This document shows positions 53,001 through 64,000 of a stretch of 64,000 bases of DNA, piece by piece. Both the position numbers and the translations under genes were made by a program. Under the pieces are notes generated by a model. That model made no database searches. It worked only from the letters and a program-made list of their open reading frames with translations, and had not been told where the DNA came from. Source of the DNA: Raillietiella orientalis (Eukaryota); the NCBI GenBank assembly GCA_036172245.1, contig JAYWIR010000100.1, positions 1 to 64,000 on the forward strand, in the 5' to 3' direction. The first letter of the stretch is position 1; every line of letters starts with the position of its first letter.

Positions 53001-56000
53001 CATGCTCTTAAATCAGATAATTGGAAGGCCTTGAGGCTTTCCATGACGGGAATTTGCCACTCACTGCAAATAGATGCTTTGTGAAGAGGCGCAAAACTGC
53101 AATGGAGAAATCCCTTGATTTCGAATTGATTACAAAGCCTGAAAGGTTGCAAATTTCTACCACATCTTGAATCGGAGCGAAGTATAAGATTCCTTTTCTA
53201 GGTTCGACACTGCTTACCATGAAAACAACACAGAGACCAAAGTGCCACGCCCTAACCTAATTTGGAACTCTTCTTAGTCATCCTCTGAAAACAGGAAATT
53301 GGAAGGCCGTGAGCCTCTCCATGACATGAATTTGCCACTCACTGCTAATGGATGCTTTCTGAAAAGGCGCAATGATGCAACAGTAATATCCCCTGATTTC
53401 CAATTTATTACAAAGCCTGAAAGGATGCAAATTTCTACCACATCATGAATCAGAGCGAAGTATAAGATTCCTTTTCTAGGTTCGACACTCCTTACCATGA
53501 AAACAACACAGAGACCAAAGTTCCACGCCCTAACCTAATTTCGAACTCTTCTTAGTCATCCTCTGAAAACAGGAAATTGGAAAGCCGTGAGCCTCTCCAT
53601 GACGGGAATTTGCCACTCACTGCAAATGGATGCTTAGAGAAAAACCGCAAAACTGCAATAGAATAAACCCCTGATTTCGAATTGACTACAAAGCCTGAAA
53701 AGTTGCACATTTCTACCACATCTTGAATCGGAGCGAAGTATCAGATTCCTATTCTAGGTACGACACTGCTTACCATGAAAACAACACAGAGACCAAAGTG
53801 CCACGCTCTAACCTAATTTTGAACTCGTATTAGTCATCCTCTGAAATAAGGAAATTGGAAAGCCGTGAGCCTCTCCTTGACGGGAATTTTCCACTCACTG
53901 CAAATAGATGCTTCGTGAAGAGGAGCAAAACTGCAATGGAGAACTCCCCGGGTTTCGAAGTGATTACAAAGCCTGTAAGGTAGCAAATTTCTATCACATC
54001 ATGGATAACAGCGAACGAAAAGATTCCTCTTCTAGGTACGACTGTGATTACCATGAAAACAACACAGACTCCAAAGTTCCACGCCCTAATGATATTTCGG
54101 ACTCTTCTTAATCATGCTCTGAAATCGTGAAATTGGAAGGCCTTGAGCCTCTCCGTGACGGGAATTTGCCAGTCACTGCAAAAGTATGCTTAGTGAAAAG
54201 GCGCTAAACTGCAATAGTAAAATCCCCTAATTTCCAATTGATTACAAAGCCTGAAAGGTTGCAAATGTTTACCACATCATGAATCAGAGCGAAGGAAAAG
54301 ATTCCTTTTCTAGGTACGACACTGGTTACCATGAAAACAACACAGACATCAAAGTGCCGCGCCCTAACCTAATTTCGAACTCTTGTTAGTCATCCTCTGA
54401 AATCAGGAAATTGAAAGGCCGTGAGCCTCTCCATGACATGAATTTGCCACTCACTGCTAATGGATGCTTTCTGAAAAGGCGCAATGATGCAACAGTAATA
54501 TCCCCTGATTTCCAATTTATTACAAAGCCTGAAAGGATGCAAATTTCTACCACATCATGAATCAGAGCGAAGTATAAGTTTCCTTTTCTAGGTTCGACAC
54601 TGCTTACCATGAAAACAACACAGAGACCAAAGTTCCACGCCCTAACCTAATTTCGAACTCTTCTTAGTCATCCTCTGAAAACAGGAAATTGGAAAGCCGT
54701 GAGCCTCTCCATGACGGGAATTTGCCACTCACTGCAAATGGATGCTTAGTGAAAAACCGCAAAACTGCAATAGAATAAACCCCTGATTTCGAATTGACTA
54801 CAAAGCCTGAAAAGTTGCACATTTCTACCACATCTTGAATCGGAGCGAAGTATCAGATTCCTCTTCTAGGTACGACACTGTTTACCATGAAAACAACACA
54901 GAGACCAAAGTGCCACGCCCTAACCTAATTTCGAACCCTTCTTAGTCATCCTCGGAAATCAGGAAATTGGAAGGGCGTGAGCCACTCCATGACGGGAATT
55001 TGCCACTCACTGCAAATGTATGCTTACTGAAAAGGCGCAAAAGTGCAATAGTAAAATCGCCTCATTTCCAATTGGTTACAAACCCTAAAAGGTTGCAAAT
55101 TTTTACCACATACTGAATTAGAGCGAAGAAAAAAATTCCTCTTCTAGGTACGACACTGGTAATTATGAAAACAACAGATAGACCAAAATGCCACGCCCTA
55201 ATCTAATTTCGAACTCTTCTTAATCATCCTCTGAAATCAGCAAATTGGAAGGCCTTGAGCCTCTCCATGACGAGAATTTGCAGCTCACTGGAAATGGATG
55301 CATCGTGAAGAGGTGCAAAACTGCAATGGAGAAATCCCCTGATTTCGAATTGATTACAAAGCCGGAAAGGTTTCAAATTTTTCCACATTATGAATCAGAG
55401 CGAAGGAAAAGATTCCTTTTCTAGGTACGACACTGGTTACCATGAAAACAACAAAGTGTGCAAAGTGCCACGGCCTAATGAAATTTCGAACTCTTGTTAA
55501 TCATGCTCTTTAATCAGGAAATTGGAAGGCCTTGAGCCTCTCCATGACGAGAATTTGCCACTCACTGGAAATAGATGTATCGTGAAGAGGTGCAAAACTG
55601 CAATGGAGAAATCCCCTGATTTCGAATTGATTACAAAGCCTGAAAGGTTGCAAATTTCTACCACATCATGAATCAGAGGGAACGCAAAGATTCCTCTTCT
55701 AGAAAACACAGTGGTTACTATGAAAACAACACAGAGACCAAAGCACCACCCCCTAATCTAATTTCGAACTCTTCTTAATCATCCGCTGTAAGCAGCAAAT
55801 TGGAAGGCCTTGAGGCTTTCCATGACGGAAATTTGCCACTCACTGCAAACGTATGCTTAGTGAAAATGCGCAGAAGTGCTATAGTAAAATCCCCTGAATT
55901 CCAATTGGTTACAAACCCTGAAAGTTTGCAAATTTTTACCACATACTGAATTAGAGCGAAGGAAAAAATTCCTCTTCTAGGTACGACACTGGTTACTATG

Positions 56001-59000
56001 AAAACAACAGATAGACCAAAGTGCCACGCCCTAATCTAATTTCGAACACTTCATAATCCTCCTCTGAAATCGTGAAATTGGAAGGCCTTGAGTCACTTCA
56101 TGACGGGAATTTGCCACTTATTGCAAATGGATGCTTAGTGAAAAGGTGCAATAGTGCAACAGTGATATCCTCTGATTTCCAATTGAATACAAAGCCGGAA
56201 AGGTTGCAAATTTCTACGACATCAAGAATCAGAGTGAAGTATGAGATTCCTCTTCTAGGTACTCTGTGTTGTTTTTATGGTAATCAGAGTCCAAAGTGTC
56301 ATGCTCTCATGAAATTTCGAACTCTTCACAATCAGGCTCTTAAATCAAAAAATTCGAAGGCCTTGAGGCTTTCCATGAAGAGAATTTGCCACTCACTGCA
56401 AATGGATGCTTAGTGAAAAGGCGCAAAAGTGCAATAGTAATATCCCCTGATTTCCAATTGATTACAAAGCCGGAAAGGTTGCAAATTTTTACCACATCAT
56501 GAATCAGAGCGAAGGAAAAGATTTCTTTTCTAGGTGCTACACTGGTTACCATGAAAACAACACAGAGTACAAAGTGCCACGGCCTAATGAAATTTCGAAC
56601 TCTTCTTAGTCATCCTCTGATATCAGGAGAAATTTAAAGGCCTTGTTCTTCATGACACGGAATTTGCTACTTACCGCAATTGGATGCTTACTGAAAAGGC
56701 GCAATTGTGCAAAAGTAATTTCCCCTGATTTTTAGTTGATTGTGCTACATGAAAGGATGCAAATTTCTAGCACATCATGAATGAGAGCGAAGTATGAGAT
56801 TCCTCTTCTAGGTACGACACTGCTTACCATGAAAACAACACAGAGACCAAAGCAATGTCTCTAACCAATTGTCTCTTCTAGTCATCCTCTGAAATCAGGA
56901 AATTGGAAGGCCGTGAGCCTTCTCCATGACATGAATTTTCTGCCACCACTGCAAATAGATGCTTCGTGAAGAGTGAGCAAAACTGCAATGGAGAAATCCC
57001 CGGGTTTCGAATTGATTACAAAACTTGAAAAGTTGCAAATTACTACCATATAATGAATCAGAACGAAGTATAAGATTCCTCTTCTAGGTAGGACACTGTT
57101 TACCATGAAAACAACATAGAGATTAAAGTGCCACGCCCTAATCTAATTTCGAAATCTGCTTAATCATTCTCTGAAATCAAAAAATTGGAAGCCCTTGAGG
57201 CTCTTCATGATGGCGATTTGCCACTCAATGGAAATAGATGCCTCGCGAAGAGGTGCAAAACTGCAATGGAGAAATCCCCGGGTTTCGAATTGATTACAAA
57301 GCCTGCAAGGTAGCAAATTTTTACCACATCATGGATCAGAGCGAACGAAAATATTCCTCTTCTAGGAACGACAGTGGTTACCATGAAGTCAACACAGAGA
57401 CCAAAGTAACACGCCCTAATGAAATTTCGAACTCTTCGTAATCATCCTCTGAAATCAGGAAATTGGAAGTCCTTGAGCCTCTCCATGACGGGAATTTGCC
57501 ACTCACTGCAAATAGATGCTTCGTGAAGCGGCGCAAAACTGCAATGGAGAAATCCCCTGATTTCAAATTGATTACAAAGCCTGAAAGGTTGCAAATTTCT
57601 ACCACATCATGAATCAGAGCAAAGGAAAAGATTCCTGTTCTAGGAAAGACAGTGGTTACGATGAAAAGAACACAGAGACCAAAGCACCACCCCCTAATCT
57701 AATTTCGAACACTTCTTAATCATCCGCTGAATTCAGCAAATTGGAAGCCTTTAGGCTTTCCATGAAAGAAATTTGGCACTCACTGGAAACGTATGTTTAG
57801 TGAAAAGGCGCAGAAGTGCTATAGTAAAATCCCCTGATTTTCAATTGGTTGCAAACCCTGAAAGTTTGCAAATTTTTACCACATACTGAATTAGAGCGAA
57901 GGAAAAAATTAATCTTCTAGGTAAGACACTGGTTACTATGAAAACAACAGATAGACCAAAGTGCCACGCCCTAATCTAATTTCGAACACTTCATAATCAT
58001 CCTCTGAAATCGTGAAATTGGAAGGCCTTGAGTCTCTTCATGACGGGAATTTGCCACTTACTGCAAATGGATGCTTAGTGAAAAGGTGCAATAGTGCAAC
58101 AGTAATATCCTCTGATTTCGAATTGATTACAAAGCCGGAAAGGTTGCAAATTTCTACGACATCAAGAATCAGAGTGAAGTATAAGATTCCTCTTCTAGGT
58201 ACTCTGTGTTATTTTTATGGTAATCAGAGTCCAAAGTGCCATGCTCTCATGAAATTTCGAACTCTTCACAATCAGGCTCTTAAATCAGGAAATTCGAAGG
58301 CCTTTTGGCTTTCCATGAAGGGAATTTGCCACTCACTGCAAATGGATGCTTAGTGAAAAGGCGCAAAAGTGCAATAGTAAAATCCCCTGATTTCCAATTG
58401 ATTACAAAGCCGGAAAGGTTGCAAATTTTTACCACATCATGAATCAGAGCGAAGGAAAAGATTTCTTTTCTAGGTGCTACACTGGTTACCATGAAAACAA
58501 CACAGAGTACAAAGTATCACGGCCTAATGAAATTTCGAACTCTTCTTAGTGATCCTCTGATATCAGGAAATTGGAAGGCCGTGAGCCTCTCCTTGACAGG
58601 AATTTGCCACTCACTGCAAATAGATGCTTCGTGAAGAGGAGTAAAACTGCAATGGAGAAATCCCCTGATTTCGAATTGATTACAAAGCCTGAAAAATTGC
58701 AAATTTCTACCACATCATGAATCAGAGCAAAGGAAAAGATTCTTCTTCTAGAAAAGACAGTGGTTACGATGAAAAGAACACAGAGACCAAAGCACCACCC
58801 CCTAATCTAATTTCGAACACTTCTTAATCATCCGCAGAAATCAGCAAATTGAAAGGCCTTGAGGCTTTCCATTACCTAAAGTTGCCACTCACTGCGAACG
58901 TATGCTTAGTAAAAAGGCGCAGAAGTGCTATAGTAAAATCCGCTGATTTCCAATTGGTTACAAACCCTGAAAGTTTGCCAATTTTTACCACATACTGAAT

Positions 59001-62000
59001 TTGAGCGAAGGAAAAAATTCCTCTTCTAGGTACGACACTGTTTACTATGATAACAACAGATAGACCAAAATGCCACGCCCTAATCTAATTTCGAACACTT
59101 CATAATCATCCTCTGAAATCGGGAAATTGGAAGGCCTTGAGTCTCTTCATGACGGGAATTTGCCACTTACTGCAAATGGATACTTACTGAAAAGGCGCAA
59201 TTGTTCAACAGTAATATCCCCTGATTTTTAGTTGATTACAAAGCATGTAAGGATGCAAATTTCTACCACATCATGAATGAGAGCGAAGGAAAAGATTCCT
59301 TTTCTAGGTACGACACTGGTTACCATGAAAACAACAAAGAGTAAAAAGTGCCACGGCCTAATGAACTCTCGAACTCTTCTTAATCATGCTCTGAAATCAG
59401 AAAATTGGAAGGCCTTGAGCCTCTCCATGACGCGAATTTGTCACTGACTGCAAATAGATGCTTCGTGAGGAGGAGCAAAACAGCAATGGTGAAATCCCCT
59501 TATTTCCGATTGATTACAAAACTTGAAAACTTGCAAATTTCTACCACATCATGACTCAGAGCGAAGTACAAGATTGCTCTTCTAGGTAGTCTATGTTGTT
59601 TTTTTGGTAATCAGAGTCCAAAGTGCCATGCTCTCATGAAATTTCGAACTCTTCATATTCAGTCTCTTAAATCAGGAAATTGGAATGCCTTGAGGCTTTC
59701 CATGACGGGAATTTGCCACTCACTGCAAATGGATGCTTAGTGAAAAGGCGCGAAACTGCAATAGAAAAATCCCCTGATTTCCAATTGAATACAAAGACCG
59801 AAAAGATGCAAATTTCTACCACATCATGAATCAGAGCGAAGGAAAAGATTCTTCTTCTAGTTACGACACTGCTTACCATGAAAACAACACAGAGACCAAA
59901 GTGCCACGCCCTAACCTTATTTCGAACACTTCTTAGTCATCCTCTGAAATCAGGAAATTGGAAAGCCGTGAGCATCTCCATGAAGGGAATTTGCCACTCA
60001 CTCCAAATGTATGCTTACTGAAAAGGCGCAAAAGTGCAATAGTGAAATGTCCTCATTTCCAATTGGTTACAAACACTGAAAGGTTGCAAATTTTTACCAC
60101 ATACTGAATTAGAGCGAAAGAAAAAATTCCTCTTCTAGTTGCGACACTGCTTACCATGAAAACAACACAGAGACCAAAGTGCCACGCCCTAACCTAATTT
60201 CGAACACTCCATAATCATGTTCTGAAATCAGGAAATTGGAAGGCCTTGAGCCTCTCCATGACGAGAATTTGCCACTCACTGGAAATAGATGATTCGGAAA
60301 GAGGTGCAAAACTGCAATGGAGGAATCCCCTAATTTCGAATTGATTACACAGCCTGAAAGGTTTCAAATTTCTACCACATCATGAAACAGAGCGAAGGAA
60401 AAGATTCCTCTTCTAGGAACGACAGTGGTTACCATGAAAACAACACAGAGTACAAAGTGCCACGGCCTAATGAAATTTCGAACTGTTCATAATCATGCTC
60501 TCAAATCAGCAAATTGGAAGGCCGTGAGCCTCGCCATGACGGGAATTTGCCACTCACTGGAAATACATGCTTCGCGATGAGGTGCAAAACTGCAATGGAG
60601 AAATCCCCGGGTTTCGAATTGATTACAAAACTTGAAAAGTTGCAAATTACTACCATATAATGAATCAGAAACGAAGTATAAGATTCCTCTTCCAGGTAGG
60701 ACACTGTTTTACCATGAAAACAACATAGAGATTTCAGTGCCACGCCCTAATCTAATTTCGAAATCTGCTTAATCATTCTCTGAAATCAAAAATTTGAAGC
60801 CCCGAGGCTCTTTCATGATGGCTATGATTTACACTAATGAAATAGATGTTTACGAAGAGGTGCAAAACTGCAATGGATGAAATCCCTGGCTTCGAATTGA
60901 TTACAAAGTCTGTAAGGTAGCAAATTTTTACCAGTTCATGGATCAGAGCGAACTAAAATATTCCTCTTCTTGGAACGACAGTGGTTACCATTAAGACAAC
61001 ACAGATACCAACGTACCACCCCCTATTCTAATTTCGAACACTTCTTAATCATCCGCTGTAATCAGGAAATTGGAAGGCCTTGAGGCTTTCCATGACGGAA
61101 ATTTGCCACTCACTGCAAATGTATGCTTAGTGAAAAAGCGCAAAAGTGCTATAGTAAAATCCCCTGATTTCCAATTGGTTACAAACCCTGAAAGTTTGCA
61201 AATTTTTACCACATACTGAATTAAAGCGAAGGGAAAAATTCCTCTTCTAGGTACGACACTGGTTACTATGAAAACAACAGAAAGCCCAAAGTGCCACGCC
61301 CTAATCTAATTTCGAACACTTCATAATCATCCTCTGAAATCGGGAAATTGGAAGGCCTTGAGTCTCTTCATGACGGGAATTTGCCACTTACTGCAAATGG
61401 ATACTTACTGAAAAGGCGCAATTGTTCAACAGTAATATCCCCTGATTTTTAGTTGATTACAAAGCATGTAAGGACGCAAATTTCTACCACAACATGAATC
61501 AGAGCGAAGTATAAGATTCCTCTTCCAGTTACGACACTGCTTACCATGAAAACAACACAGAGACCAAAGTGCCACGCCCTAACCTAATTTCGAACTTCTC
61601 TTAGTCATCCTGTGATATCAGGAAATTGGAAGGCCGTGAACCTGTCCATGACATGAATTTGCCACTCACTGCAAATAGATGCTTCGTGAAGAGGAGCAAA
61701 ACTGCAATGGTGAAATTCACTGATTTCGAATTGATTACAAAACTTGAAAAGTTGCAAATTACTACCATATAGTAAATCAAAACGAAGTATAAGATTCCTC
61801 TTCTAGGTAGGACACTGTTTACCATAAAAAGAACACAGGGACCAAAGTGCCACGCCCTAATCTAATTTCGAACTCTTCTTAATCATCCTCTGAAATCAGG
61901 AAATTGGAAGCCCTTGAGGCTCTTCATGACGGCAATTTGCCACTCACTGGAAATAGATGCTTCGCGAAGAGGTGCAAAACTGCAATGGAGAAATTCCCGG

Positions 62001-64000
62001 GTTTCGAATTGATTACAAGGCCTTTTATACAGAAATTTTTACCACATCACTATGAATTGAAGAAGAAACATTTTTCTAGGTACATAAATTCTTATGGTTA
62101 CCATGATAACAACACAGAGCACAAAGTGTTCGCCAGTTTTTGCCTATTCAAATTTCGAACTTTTCTTAATCATGCTCTGAAATCGGGAAATTGGAAGGCC
62201 TTGAGCCTCTCCATGACGGAAATTTGCCACTAGCCTCATGTAAATGTATGCTTAGCGAAAAGCAGCAAAAGTGCATTAGTAAAATCCCCTGATTTCCAAT
62301 TTATTCCAAGCCTGTAAGGTTGCAAATTGTTACCACATCTTGAATCAGAGCGAAGTATAAGATTCCTCTTCTAGGTACGACACTGCTTACCATGAAAACA
62401 ACACAGAGACCAAAGTGCCACGCCCTAACCAATTTTCGACCTCTTCTTAGTCATCCTCTGAAATCAGGAAATTGGAAGGCCGTGAGCCTCTCCATGACAT
62501 GAATTTGCCACTCACTGCAAATAGATGCTTCGTGAAGAGGAGCAAAACGGCAATGGTGAAATTCCCTGATTTCGAATTGATTACAAAACTTGAAAAGTTG
62601 CAAATTACTACCATATAATGAATCAGAACGAAGTATAAGATTCCACATCCAGGTAGGACACTGTTTACCATGAAAACAACACAGAGACAAAAGTGCTACG
62701 CCCTAATCTAATTTCGAACTCTTCTTAATCATCCTCTTAAATCAGGAAATTGGAAGCCCTTGAGGCTCTTCATGACGGCAATTTCCCACTCACTGGAAAT
62801 AGATGCTTCGCGAAGAGGTGCAAAACTGCAATGGAGAAATCCTTGGGTTTGGAATTGATTACAAAGCCTGCAAGGTAGCAAATTTTTACCACATCATGGA
62901 TCAGAGCGAACGAAAATATTCCTCTTCTAGGAACGACAGTGGTTACCATGAAGTCAACACAGAGACCAAAGTACCACCCCCTATTCTAATTTCGAACGCT
63001 TCTTAATCATCCGCTGTAATCAGGAAATTGGCAGGCCTTGAGGCTTTCCATGACGGAAATTTGCCACTCACTGCAAATGTATGCTTAGTGAAAAGGCGCA
63101 AAAGTGCTATAGTAAAATCCCCTTTTTTCCAATTGGTTACAAACCCTGAAAGTTTGCAAATTTTTACCACATACTGAATTAAAGCGAAGGGAAAAATTCC
63201 TCTTCTAGGTACGACACTGGTTACTATGAAAACAACAGAGACCCCAACGTGCCACGCCCTAATGTAATTTCGAACACTTCATAATCATCCTCTGAAATCG
63301 GGAAATTGGAAGGCCTTGAGTCTCTTCATGACGGGAATTTGCCACTTATTGCAAATGGATGCTTAGTGAAGAGGCGCAAAACTGCAATGGAGATATCCCC
63401 TGATTTCGAATTGATTACAAAGCCTGAAAGGTTACAAATTTCTACCAGATCAAGAATCAGAGCGAAGGTAAAGATTCCTCTTCTAGGAAAGACAGTGGTT
63501 ACCATGAAAACAACACAGAGACCAAAGTGCCACGCCCTAACCTAGTTTCGACCTCTTCTTAGTCATCCTCTTAAATCAGGAAATTGGAAGGCCGTGAGCC
63601 TCTCCATGACATGAATTTGCCACTCACTGCAAATAGATGCTTCGTGAAGAGAAGCAAAACTGCAATGGTGAAATTCCCTGATTTCGAATTGATTACAAAA
63701 CTTGAAAAGTTGCAAATTACTACCATATCATGAATCAGAACGAAGTATAAGATTCCACATCCAGGTAGGACACTGTTTACCATGAAAACAACAGAGAGAC
63801 CAAAGTGCTACGCCCTAATCTAATTTCGAACTCTTCTTAATCATCCTCTCAAATCAGGAAATTGGAATCCCTTGAGGCTGTTCATGACGGCAATTTGCCA
63901 CTCACTGGAAATAGATGCTTCGCGAAGAGGTGCAAAACTGCAATGAGAAATCCCTGGTTTCGAATTGATTACAAAGCCTGTAAGGTAGCAAATTTTTACC
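50014..64000. repeat. Tandem satellite array, ~278-bp monomer, ~50 diverged copies, runs off the right edge
   Basis: The motif ccatgaaaacaacacagagaccaaagtgccacgccctaa...gaatttgccactcactgcaaat recurs every ~278 bp (ORF starts 50444/50722/51000; 53220/53498; 54054/54610). Confidence 0.98.

Noticed and set aside
2562..63783. The many 60-133 aa ORFs in the supplied track within both satellites
   Set aside because: They are short, overlap on both strands, gain and lose stops and frames between monomers, and show no recognisable domain. They recur only because the DNA is repeated.
50014..64000. CRISPR array or tandem RNA-gene (5S/tRNA/snRNA) cluster
   Set aside because: Whole units are homologous with no unique spacers and no cas genes. 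I recognised no RNA-gene sequence in either monomer, though an Rfam scan was not possible.

Overview
A eukaryotic (animal) repeat-dominated window in three blocks. (1) 1-~2326 is invertebrate mitochondrial-type DNA on the minus strand, read with code 5 (TGA=Trp, AGA=Ser, ATA=Met). Its order is [unassigned 134-codon ORF]-trnL2(UAA)-cox2-trnD-atp8-atp6-cox3(5' part). trnK is absent from its usual place, both tRNAs have reduced or missing T-arms, and the ORF sits where the 3' end of cox1 is expected. The block joins satellite DNA directly, so it is most likely a recent NUMT, though an assembly chimera is not excluded. (2) ~2327-50013 is a head-to-tail array of ~43 copies of a ~1.1-kb monomer with nested higher-order periods of 2212, 3310, ~5524 and 9944 bp. 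(3) ~50014-64000 is an array of ~50 copies of a ~278-bp monomer. The 1.1-kb monomer shows internal ~278-bp periodicity and similarity to the 278-bp satellite, which itself looks like an old ~139-bp dimer. The standard-code ORFs in the satellites are not credible genes. All alignments and translations were done by eye.
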